Below are positions 36,431 to 45,163 of a DNA stretch of 64,000 nucleotides, in pieces (position 1 is the stretch's first letter; each line of letters begins with the position of its first letter). The stretch spans positions 32,001-96,000 of the forward strand of contig JAGSHN010000016.1 of assembly GCA_029855935.1 (NCBI GenBank). The letters run 5' to 3'. The stretch is from Candidatus Thorarchaeota archaeon. Lineage in GTDB: Archaea; Asgardarchaeota; Thorarchaeia; Thorarchaeales; Thorarchaeaceae. The notes beneath the pieces were generated by a model. The model did no database searches. It was given only the letters and a program-made list of their open reading frames with translations, and was not told the origin of the DNA. A program made the translations under genes and the position numbers.

Positions 36431-37372
36431 CTATACCACCGGGATCTCACCCGCTGGAGGCTCGACGACTGTCCCTCCCTCAACGTCCTCGACGTAGATC
36501 TTTGTCAGGACAATGAGTATTGCCGGGAATCCCAGCAGTATCCAGAAGAGCCACACTGCTATGGCCCACAATGCAACACCCGCGGCCACAGGCACAAAGG
36601 CCATCATATGAGCCCCACTGCTCCACATCGGAGCGGTACCCCACCACGATGTTGCGACCAAGCGGAAGGGCAGGAACGTCACGATGTAGATTAGAATCAC
36701 TGCTGCCCAGAGCCCGAAGACACGCTCAGTGTGCCTTCGTGCCGTGCTCAGGGAGGTCTCAACTGCCTCTCTGACTGAGAGACCTGCGACAACGCCTGGC
36801 ATTGTCATTGACATCAGTCCGAGGGTCAGAAATGTCCAGAGGTACGAGAACACTGTGAGCACTGCAGACATTGATGGCGATATGGAGCCGTAGTAGAGGA
36901 AGACTCCAGCCCAGACAATCAGCTGTGGCAGCACAATCACGAGAGCAAGGGCAAAGCCTGCACCCAAGAGTGGTACGAACCTGTGACGTAGCCATCCGAG
37001 CGAGCTCTCAGCACGTGTTGTCCCCTCAGTGACGGCCTCACGTGTCATCCCAAAGAGCGCACCAACAAGTGTGAAGCACAATGTTGCAAGCAGAAGTGTC
37101 ACGGTTATTCCCAGTACGGTGAACTGCGGTAGGTTCTCCCAGAACCACATAGGCATTGCCTCATCCCAGTGCGCGCCATACTCGCCCCAGTGCATCATGG
37201 GACCTATCCACAAGCCCCAGGTGGCCAGAGCCACAGGAATGACCACTGCGGCTATCATTAGTCCCCCGATTATGACCAGTGCAAGGAACGCCAAGAAGTA
37301 GCTGACCACGTTGTTCTTGGCGACCTTGAGGCCATACCGAAGGTCGTTCACGAGATTGTTGAAATCGGTCAT
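36431..37372 (-). CDS. Multi-pass membrane protein, first gene of a four-gene operon
   Basis: Start MTDFNN after GGTGA. GALFGMTREA...W.RHRFVPL...SMTMP...S..TAR...RVF. Confidence 0.8.
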   Translation of the reverse strand: MTDFNNLVNDLRYGLKVAKNNVVSYFLAFLALVIIGGLMIAAVVIPVALATWGLWIGPMMHWGEYGAHWDEAMPMWFWENLPQFTVLGITVTLLLATLCFTLVGALFGMTREAVTEGTTRAESSLGWLRHRFVPLLGAGFALALVIVLPQLIVWAGVFLYYGSISPSMSAVLTVFSYLWTFLTLGLMSMTMPGVVAGLSVREAVETSLSTARRHTERVFGLWAAVILIYIVTFLPFRLVATSWWGTAPMWSSGAHMMAFVPVAAGVALWAIAVWLFWILLGFPAILIVLTKIYVEDVEGGTVVEPPAGEIPVV

Positions 37373-37388
37373 CACTATCACCAAAGAC

Positions 37389-37438
37389 GTCAAACGTTTG
37401 ATATTTGACAAACGTTCTATCGTTTGTCGCAATTTAAA
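37389..37438 (-). promoter_or_regulatory. TATA box with two downstream palindromic operator-like sites
   Basis: TTTAAA at 37433-37438; GACAAACG-N6-CGTTTGTC at 37407-37428; TCAAACGTTTGA at 37390-37401. Confidence 0.7.
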
Positions 37439-37556
37439 CATTGTGGCATGGTATTGCACCCTCCCATCAACCGCGATTGAGATGAATAGGATGTGGCCTC
37501 CGAGGTCCACGCCGTGTGAGATAAAAAGTCAGGCCTCTCTGACATCGTGAGACACC

Positions 37557-38216
37557 TTGAGAATCCCTCCACTTCACGACCTTCACATCCACACGGACTT
37601 CTCAGATGGCTCCTCCGAGATTGAGGACGTAGTGCAACGTGCGAACGAGCTGCGTCTTGGTGCAATAGCCATCGCGGACCACTTCTGGCCCTCGATTGGC
37701 GGTCGTCCTGGTGGATGGAAGATAATTCAACGTCGCAGGGAACGTATTGTGGAGCTCCGGGAGGAGTATCCACGTCTACTGATTCTTGATGGGGTGGAGG
37801 TGGACATCCAGTCCGACGGCACACTGGCGCCAGTGGCAGGCGGTCTCGATCAGTTTGACCTGGTGATAGCATCCGTCCACTTTCGGTGCGATTCGAGACA
37901 ATGGGCCGCGACAATCAGGCGACTTGTGGAGCGCGACAGGTTTCACGTCCTCGGTCACTGGGACGGCTACCTCGGCTCGTATCGCCGTGAGGATGGGGAG
38001 ATAGTCGCGTCAACGCTGGCAGAGACCAGTATTGCCATAGAGTTGAACACGAGGTACGGCATAGACCATCCAGAGTTTCTCGAACTGGCTCGTGATGCGG
38101 GCTGTGTGTTTGCTCTTGGCAGCGACTCTCACGTGGTTGACACAGTTGGTGATATTGCCGAAGCAAGGTCCATAGCGAGGACCATGGGACTGCCATTGCT
38201 TGAGGAGCTGAGCTAG
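37557..38216 (+). CDS. PHP-domain phosphoesterase
   Basis: DLHIHTDFSDG, IADH, GVEVD, ASVH, LGH and GSDSH motifs. Confidence 0.92.
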   Translation: MRIPPLHDLHIHTDFSDGSSEIEDVVQRANELRLGAIAIADHFWPSIGGRPGGWKIIQRRRERIVELREEYPRLLILDGVEVDIQSDGTLAPVAGGLDQFDLVIASVHFRCDSRQWAATIRRLVERDRFHVLGHWDGYLGSYRREDGEIVASTLAETSIAIELNTRYGIDHPEFLELARDAGCVFALGSDSHVVDTVGDIAEARSIARTMGLPLLEELS

Positions 38217-38227
38217 GTGTCCAGTAG

Positions 38228-39412
38228 TCAACTCCGGCGTTTCATCAGAAGGACTATTCCGGCGACTCCCGCCATTGTGGCGAGAGATCCTGCCATTATG
38301 GCCCATTGGTCGAGTGAGGGTGCTGGCGGGACGACTACGACCATGACGGTATGGTGTGAGGAGTTTCCCTCCCAGTCCTCGACCAGAATGGTGATGTTGA
38401 CCTCTCCCAGTCCGTGCCGCACTACCCGATATCGTACCGTATCGTTCACCAAGACTGCTGGTGCAAAAATAGCGCCATTGACAATCACTCTGTATCGTTT
38501 CGGGAAGTGATCGTGCACGGTCCACGTGACGATAATCTTCGCCAGTCCAGAATCATTGGCCTCGATGATGATCTCTCTCTGACCGCTCACCTCAGGGGGT
38601 GTGTCATCTACGAGTTGTCTGGGAGCGCGGTCAGACGAACTCGCGGGACCCGGAATGTCATACTCGTTTCCTGGCGTCCAGTCGTGCCACCGGTTTCCCG
38701 TGCCCTTTCCGTCATCCCACAGGTTGTACGTCCCGGAGTCGTAGGCGTTCGTTTCGCTGTCCCCGGCCTCGCTGTAGCCGTTCCATCCGATGCTGTTATC
38801 GTAGATCTGATTGTGATGGGCGTTGTACAGGGCTACGCCATATCGTGAGTTACCGAATAGCCAATCTCCCACGACACTGCTCTCATTGCAGTTGTCAAGA
38901 ACGATGCCCTGCGTGTTGTGATGTATCTGATTCTTCCTGATGGTCGACCTGAGAGACGAGATCGCCCATACCCCGGTCCCGCACACCGCTATCCTGTTGG
39001 AATCCACAGTCACATCTGTCGAGTTCGTAATCTGAATTCCAGCAGTACCAAGCTGAATCGTGTTGTTGCTGATGACCCCGCCTGTGACGTTGCACAACTC
39101 GATGACAGCGGTCCGTCCGCCGATGAGAGTACAATCCCTAATGATGAAGTGGGCGCGTGTGTTCATGACTGTGATGCAGAAATCATGCCCATTGATTGTC
39201 AGTCCCGCGATGACGTAGGGATTCTCCTCAGTCCCCGAACCGGGCCACTGGGCAAGACCACTATCGTCTAGGATGAGAATCTGCGAGTCGGCGGCTGTCG
39301 ACGGATGTGATGATAAGACTGAGCCACCTTGTACACGTGGCACGAGGAGTGACATCGTCATAAGAATAGCAATGGCGACCGCAACGGTTGGTTGAAGATG
39401 ATTGTGAATCAA
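38228..39412 (-). CDS. Surface protein with a right-handed beta-helix (NosD/CASH-like), Ig-like domain and C-terminal TM anchor
   Basis: WPGSGTEENPYVI, repeated GI.L..S....I..N.I units, GNRW and a TM helix followed by KRRS. Confidence 0.85.
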   Translation of the reverse strand: MIHNHLQPTVAVAIAILMTMSLLVPRVQGGSVLSSHPSTAADSQILILDDSGLAQWPGSGTEENPYVIAGLTINGHDFCITVMNTRAHFIIRDCTLIGGRTAVIELCNVTGGVISNNTIQLGTAGIQITNSTDVTVDSNRIAVCGTGVWAISSLRSTIRKNQIHHNTQGIVLDNCNESSVVGDWLFGNSRYGVALYNAHHNQIYDNSIGWNGYSEAGDSETNAYDSGTYNLWDDGKGTGNRWHDWTPGNEYDIPGPASSSDRAPRQLVDDTPPEVSGQREIIIEANDSGLAKIIVTWTVHDHFPKRYRVIVNGAIFAPAVLVNDTVRYRVVRHGLGEVNITILVEDWEGNSSHHTVMVVVVPPAPSLDQWAIMAGSLATMAGVAGIVLLMKRRS

Positions 39413-39530
39413 GATACTCGCCTACACCTTGGTCTATGTCGTCCTATGGGAGATGGCCCGCTTCGAGGTCGCATGGACCGTGGCATTGCGTGCCTTCGGA
39501 ACAGACGATATAAGTTGAGACACAAAAGTC

Positions 39531-40388
39531 TTGGCGATGGCGATGTTGACCCGGTATTCAGCACGTGTCGTGCGTGTCCGTGTGGGTTCTGACCTCCAGA
39601 CCGCTATCAAGAAGGGCATCACTGCCCTAGACCACGAAGCGGCCTCCCTTGTCCCGGGCAAGACGTTCACCATCAAACCAAATCTCAACAGTGCTGACCC
39701 GTATCCGGCGTCAAGTGATCCTGCCTTCGTCCGTGCCCTGGGTGAAGTCCTACTTGATATGGGTGCGGCCAATCTCAGGCTTGTAGAGTGTTCGATGCTC
39801 GGCGTGAGGACAAGGGATGTTGCTACGAAGACCGGTATGATGTCTGTAGCCGAGGAGCTGGGTACGGAGATTGAGTTTCTTGATGAGGGCGAGTGGATAG
39901 AGCAGACGGTTCCTGGCGGAAGGTATCTTCGGCGTGTGCGGGTCGGAGACGCTCTGCTGAGGGCTGAGAACATAGTTCTTGCGCCGTGCCTCAAGACCCA
40001 CAAGTACGCGCGTTTCACCGGGGCTATGAAGCTCTTTGTAGCCTCTATGCGCAAGCGGGACAGAATACTTCTTCATGCACGTCACCTTGAGGAGAAGATT
40101 CCCGAACTTGCCTCGCTCTTCCATCCTGTACTGATAGTGATGGACGCCCGCAAGGTCTTCGTCACTGGTGGTCCCTTCTCGGGAAGAGTCGAGTCGCCTG
40201 GACTGGTCATAGTCGGGACCGACATGGTTGCTGTGGACGTGGTCGGTGTCAGAGTGCTGCAGCGGTATGAGGCAAAGAATCGGTTGGACGTGGATGCCTG
40301 GGAACTGCCGCAGATTAGGAGGGCCGTCGAGCTTGGTATGGGCGTTGTATCCGATGATCAGATAGAGCTCCTTGACATCGAGGCCTAG
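39531..40388 (+). CDS. DUF362 family protein
   Basis: IKPNL, LKTH...FTGAMK and GTDMVAVD motifs. Confidence 0.88.
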   Translation: MAMAMLTRYSARVVRVRVGSDLQTAIKKGITALDHEAASLVPGKTFTIKPNLNSADPYPASSDPAFVRALGEVLLDMGAANLRLVECSMLGVRTRDVATKTGMMSVAEELGTEIEFLDEGEWIEQTVPGGRYLRRVRVGDALLRAENIVLAPCLKTHKYARFTGAMKLFVASMRKRDRILLHARHLEEKIPELASLFHPVLIVMDARKVFVTGGPFSGRVESPGLVIVGTDMVAVDVVGVRVLQRYEAKNRLDVDAWELPQIRRAVELGMGVVSDDQIELLDIEA

Positions 40389-40390
40389 AA

Positions 40391-41011
40391 TCAGACCTCT
40401 CTGCCGTCGTCATCCGTTGCCGGGACCATTGCCGGCCCGTCTATGACCACCGCATTGGTGCCATTCAGCATGAGGAAGCGACGCAGGTACTGTTCGTTGG
40501 ACAGTTGCAGGAGTACGATGCCCTTCCCTCTGTCAATCTTCAGCACGACGATCGCGCGCTCAAGAGCCCTCGGCAACGCAGAATACGCAACGAGGCCAGC
40601 CATCGACAATATCATGCCTGCAAGCAGTACGGCCGGAATCAGCACAGGACCGCCATAGCGAAGTGCCCGAATGGTTGCAAGGCTGAAGAACAGGATGGGA
40701 TACATCAGAATGAAGAATGCGACGGCCGCGACAAGCTTTGTTGTGGTCGTCCTCACACTGTGAGCGTGCATCTCACATACAGGGATGAGGAATGCCACCA
40801 TCCTATGAGGCTGGACTGTGGGTACGTGAGGACTGAATCCAGGTTGCCAGCTGGGATGGACGTTTGTGCTCTCAGAGGGCGCATCTGTCTCGGCAACCGT
40901 GAGTACTACTAGATCTTCAGGCTCCCCTAGACAGACAGGACAGGCCTCGGGCCATTTCAACTCAGAGAGTTTGCATCTCACTGTAGGGGCATTCTGTCGG
41001 CGCCACCTCAT
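40391..41011 (-). CDS. Membrane protein with a CxxC...CxxH zinc site and two TM helices
   Basis: WPEACPVC and IPVCEMH, then two hydrophobic helices. Confidence 0.7.
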   Translation of the reverse strand: MRWRRQNAPTVRCKLSELKWPEACPVCLGEPEDLVVLTVAETDAPSESTNVHPSWQPGFSPHVPTVQPHRMVAFLIPVCEMHAHSVRTTTTKLVAAVAFFILMYPILFFSLATIRALRYGGPVLIPAVLLAGMILSMAGLVAYSALPRALERAIVVLKIDRGKGIVLLQLSNEQYLRRFLMLNGTNAVVIDGPAMVPATDDDGREV

Positions 41012-41031
41012 GCAGAGATCTCCTCAGCCGC

Positions 41032-41424
41032 CTACGAGGAGTTCTTCTTCTCGTCCTCAGGCGGCATTATCACAATCTGGATGCTGGTGTGAGGTTTTCC
41101 CTCGCTGTCAGCGGCGTCGAAGGTGTCGAAGGCCATCTGGTAGATGAATCGTTTCTCCCGCTTCTTGATCTCGTGTGCGACGCGGACGGAGAGACCAACA
41201 CCTTTGAAGCCGTAGCCTCTGATGGCCACCATCCTACGGTCGTTCTTGACAAGATTGTGGACAGTGGCAGCTATCTTGCCGACATTGATGCGGCCAGCAC
41301 CTGGTGCTATCTCCAGCAGTACGTAGTCACTGGTGGGATAGACCTCCACCTCATTCTCCATCGTGATTGCAACTACCTCGTCGCCCACTCGAAGCGGCTC
41401 GGGAATCCTATCGTGGAGTGACAT
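41032..41424 (-). CDS. Divergent Alba-like nucleic-acid-binding protein with an N-terminal extension
   Basis: Start MSLHD after GGTGA. VAIRGYGFKGVGLSVRVA and DT...EGKPHTSIQIVI parallel the Alba motifs IKARG.AI..AVDVA and S.IEI.L. Confidence 0.6.
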   Translation of the reverse strand: MSLHDRIPEPLRVGDEVVAITMENEVEVYPTSDYVLLEIAPGAGRINVGKIAATVHNLVKNDRRMVAIRGYGFKGVGLSVRVAHEIKKREKRFIYQMAFDTFDAADSEGKPHTSIQIVIMPPEDEKKNSS

Positions 41425-41565
41425 GTCGATCACCCTTCTGGGCGGTCTCTGGTTGTGGTTGTGAACCTGACGCCATCGCTTATGATTGCGCAGATTGTTC
41501 ACGCAATGCCACTATCTTGCCCGTTATATACTCTGAGGAAAGGGTGAATCCGGAGAGGAACGGCA

Positions 41566-42546
41566 ATGGAACGCAAGAAGACATACGCGCTGACGGTCGC
41601 CGTCATCGTGGTGGCCTCTGCGGCCCTTGTGGCACTGTGGTACCCGACGACGACCACGGATGTGCGAATCGGCTATCTCTCACAGGATCTTCATCAACTT
41701 GCTCTCAGAGTGGCCTTTGTCAAGGGCTGGTTCCAGGAGGCCGGTCTGAACGTGGAACTCGTACAGTTTCAGAACGGCGCATATGAGATGGATGGTTTTC
41801 TAGCAGGGCAGATAGACATGGGCTATCTTGGTGTCGCGCCGGCCCTCACGAAGTCGATAAGCCAGAACATATCAATCACAGTTCTCGCTGCTGCGAATCT
41901 GGAGGGCTCTGCGCTGATGGTGATGAAAGAGGAGTATGATGCAGGACGCATAACTCAGGTCAGTGACCTTGTTGGAAAGACGATTCTCCAGCCAGGTCCG
42001 TCCACTGTGCAGAACTTTCTGCTGCGTCTTGCGCTGAACCAGTCAGGTCTCTCTGTTGACGATGTCTTTCTGGAGACTGCAAGGGTACAGGACATGGGAA
42101 TCTCTCTGACGGCCGATAGACCTGCCTTCATCGCGTGGGAGCCATTCCCGGCGTTGGCCCAGGCCGAGGGTCAGGCCGTCCCTCTGCTGTTGTCGGGAGA
42201 CATATGGCCACGTCATCCGTGTTGCGTGGTGGCAAGTGGCAACACTTTCCTTGACGCCCACCCCGACATTGTTCAGAAGGTGGTAGAGATCCACAAGCGG
42301 GCCGAACAGTGGATTGTCAACAATCCTAGTGAGGCCCTTCAGATCGCCATCGATTGGCTCGGCATAGACCCCACTCCTGTCGAGACGGCATTCAACCGCA
42401 TCATCTACGACTTCAACGTGAATCGTACTGGTGTGGAGAGGTATCTGAGGTTCCTGATTGACCAGGGCCTGGTCAATATGGACCCCGGCAATGTCGATGG
42501 GTTCCTCGACTCCTTCATCGACACGTCATTCCTCGAGTCTGCCTGA
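41566..42546 (+). CDS. Nitrate/sulfonate-type ABC substrate-binding protein
   Basis: TM anchor, VRIGYL, GYLGVAPA, AWEPF and HPCCV motifs. Confidence 0.9.
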   Translation: MERKKTYALTVAVIVVASAALVALWYPTTTTDVRIGYLSQDLHQLALRVAFVKGWFQEAGLNVELVQFQNGAYEMDGFLAGQIDMGYLGVAPALTKSISQNISITVLAAANLEGSALMVMKEEYDAGRITQVSDLVGKTILQPGPSTVQNFLLRLALNQSGLSVDDVFLETARVQDMGISLTADRPAFIAWEPFPALAQAEGQAVPLLLSGDIWPRHPCCVVASGNTFLDAHPDIVQKVVEIHKRAEQWIVNNPSEALQIAIDWLGIDPTPVETAFNRIIYDFNVNRTGVERYLRFLIDQGLVNMDPGNVDGFLDSFIDTSFLESA

Positions 42547-42588
42547 GCGACAGACACAAAAGATGGAGATGGCTCCGAGCGGACTGAG

Positions 42589-43416
42589 ATGCTGGACTCA
42601 CAGGTCGAATCTGAAAGGAGGCCCCAAGAGACCTCTCGCGCGTTGAACAGACAGATCCGACGACTGGTCATTCGGGGTCTTCTCCCATTTCTTATCGTAC
42701 TCGGTATCTGGCAGCTCGTCGCGTACCTTGCCCAGGGGATTGGACTTGTTGATGTCGCCACCGCGTTCGTCCGCCTGGTGGTGCAGGGCGACGCTGACGG
42801 TCGCACGCTTGGTCAACACACCGCCATGAGCGTGTATCGTGTCACGCTCGGATTCTTGGCCGCCATTGTGACGGGCGTGCCACTAGGCATAGCTGTGGGC
42901 AGATACAAGGTGGTGGACGCGATACTGGGACCAGTCATAGATGCCATGCGTCCCATCCCTCCCATTGCTTGGATACCACTGTCCATCCTGATGTTCCGCA
43001 CGAATATCACCGGTGCGCAGGTCTTCATCATCTGGATTGGCGCCTTCTTTCCAATTCTCATCAACACAACTGCGGGCGTCAAACGAACGGATCCCGTGCA
43101 TCTCGATGTGGCCCGTACGTTCGGTGCCACAGAGCGTCAAATACTCACGAAGGTGGTCCTACCGTCGGCCGCCCCTGAGATCTTCGCCGGTTTCCGAATC
43201 GGCTTTGGTATCGGCTGGATGTGTCTGGTGGCGGCAGAGATGATCGGCGGTGGTCTGGGCCTCGGCTATCTCGTGATAATCGCGGAGCAGCTCGGCCGGA
43301 CTGGCGAGACAATATCAGCGATGCTTGTCATAGGCGTGATAGGCTTCATCATAAGCTATGTCTTCCTGCAGATTGAGCGCAGGCTTCTCAGATGGAGGCG
43401 TGAGGTCTCTATCTAG
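42589..43416 (+). CDS. Nitrate/sulfonate-type ABC permease
   Basis: RPIPPIAWIPL, EAA-loop-like DVARTFGA, and LVAAEM. Confidence 0.93.
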   Translation: MLDSQVESERRPQETSRALNRQIRRLVIRGLLPFLIVLGIWQLVAYLAQGIGLVDVATAFVRLVVQGDADGRTLGQHTAMSVYRVTLGFLAAIVTGVPLGIAVGRYKVVDAILGPVIDAMRPIPPIAWIPLSILMFRTNITGAQVFIIWIGAFFPILINTTAGVKRTDPVHLDVARTFGATERQILTKVVLPSAAPEIFAGFRIGFGIGWMCLVAAEMIGGGLGLGYLVIIAEQLGRTGETISAMLVIGVIGFIISYVFLQIERRLLRWRREVSI

Positions 43417-44198
43417 GCCCCCTGACGCGCAAGGGCCTTCTCCTGTTCGACTCTCAGTGTATCAAGTATTCTTGCCCTATACTCCAGACACTGAGGGCTT
43501 GCACGCTTTCGTGGCCTCGGAATCTTCACGACGTACTCGTCGATTATCCTTGCAGGAACGTTGCTGAGGAGAAGTATGCGGTCCGACATAAAGACGGCCT
43601 CATCGACATTGTGTGTCACGAATATGACAGTCGAGCCTGTCTCCTGCCAGATTCTCAGAAACTCCTCCTGCAGGTAGTTCCTTGTCTGCGCATCGAGATT
43701 GGACAGTCCCTCATCGGCAACGAGGATGTCTGGAGAGGTCACGAGGCTCCGTGCCAACTCGGTCTTCCTCGCTTGCCCGCCTGAGATCTCGTGTGGCAGG
43801 TGATTCTCAAGTCCACGCATTCGAATCAGGTCGATCATCCTGTCCGAGAGCTGTCTTCTCTCCTCAGGCGGGACACCACGTATCTCAAGGCCGAACTCTA
43901 TGTTCTCACGGACAGTCCGCCACGGAAACAGGCTCTCCTGCTGGAAGATGTATCCAACACGGCTATGTCCGATCCCGACCACCTCACCGTCTATCATCAC
44001 CTCGCCCTCATCAGGCTCTAGCAGGCCCGCGACTATCTTTAGCAGCGTCGTCTTGCCACATCCCGATGGCCCTACAATGCTGAGGAACTCTCCCTCACGC
44101 ACTGTGAAAGAGATGCCATCGAGCACCCGCAAGACACCGTCGTCGTTCTCGAATGACTTGACTATGCCCCGAACGGTGAGCTTTGGTCGACCAGACAT
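43413..44198 (-). CDS. Nitrate/sulfonate-type ABC ATPase, convergent with the permease
   Basis: GPSGCGKT, FQQ..LFPWRTV, ISGGQ, VADE and VTHNVDEA motifs. Confidence 0.92.
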   Translation of the reverse strand: MSGRPKLTVRGIVKSFENDDGVLRVLDGISFTVREGEFLSIVGPSGCGKTTLLKIVAGLLEPDEGEVMIDGEVVGIGHSRVGYIFQQESLFPWRTVRENIEFGLEIRGVPPEERRQLSDRMIDLIRMRGLENHLPHEISGGQARKTELARSLVTSPDILVADEGLSNLDAQTRNYLQEEFLRIWQETGSTVIFVTHNVDEAVFMSDRILLLSNVPARIIDEYVVKIPRPRKRASPQCLEYRARILDTLRVEQEKALARQGA

Positions 44199-44337
44199 AG
44201 CCTGAGCCCTTTCAGAGTCTGTCTTATATGCTACGCTGTGGTCGCCGCGACTTCTCTCCGCCGTCTATGATGGTTCTGTGTAGTGCTCAAACCGGACTCG
44301 GCCTGTACTCACGAACGGGTAAGTCCGGGGTCGACCC

Positions 44338-44790
44338 TCATTCTGCGGGCGGGGATGGGACGGAGAACTCTCTCCAAGTGGCAATGACTGGGATGATGAC
44401 GAGTAGGAAGATCACCACATTCAGTATGACATTGATCCATACGGCGAAGAACATCGAGTAGCCAGTGTCGATGACGAACCAGAGGATGAGGCCTGAGAAC
44501 AGGCAGTCTCTTGCCCATCTCTCCCTTCTCTTGAATGGATACCGCGCTATGAACGTGGCAAACACGCCCCATCCAGCGACGGTAGCTCCCCATGCGCCAA
44601 AGACCCATCTCTGGAACATAGACACTCCCTCTGATGTGGTCTGGGAGCCAAAGAAGACGCTATTGATGCTTGTGTCAAACACGTTGAACACTATCGTACC
44701 ATTGAGGAATGCCATAAGCAGCCCAAAGAGTGTTATGATGACTCCGACGATGATCAGCCATCTCTGCCATAGATCGAATCCTGTCTTCAC
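44338..44790 (-). CDS. Four-TM membrane protein of unknown function
   Basis: Four hydrophobic helices; probable GTG start at 44790. Confidence 0.7.
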   Translation of the reverse strand: MKTGFDLWQRWLIIVGVIITLFGLLMAFLNGTIVFNVFDTSINSVFFGSQTTSEGVSMFQRWVFGAWGATVAGWGVFATFIARYPFKRRERWARDCLFSGLILWFVIDTGYSMFFAVWINVILNVVIFLLVIIPVIATWREFSVPSPPAE

Positions 44791-45163
44791 CCCTTCTCTC
44801 CTCTCAACAGTGAATGCTGTGTACAGCGACATACCCCGACAGACCACCGCCACGGCCGTGTGGGCACATTAGACAGTCTTGACGTACATCCTCATAAGTA
44901 TGGCGAGTTCGCGCACCGAAATACAGATACCCCTTGGTATGTTGTTCATTCTTGAGGACCCTGATATCGTCAGACAAGGTGGTATGCGCCTTGTGTAGGC
45001 TCCTGCTCCTCCGAGGGGCTGATGGTGAAGATTGTGGGTGCGGTGATGGCAAGCGCACAAAGTACAAAAGGTTCTCGACAACGGAGATAGACTGAAGTCG
45101 GTGATGTTTAACGTACCATCAACAAGGTGTGGTACAGACCGATAGATTGGAAGGTATGTCGAA

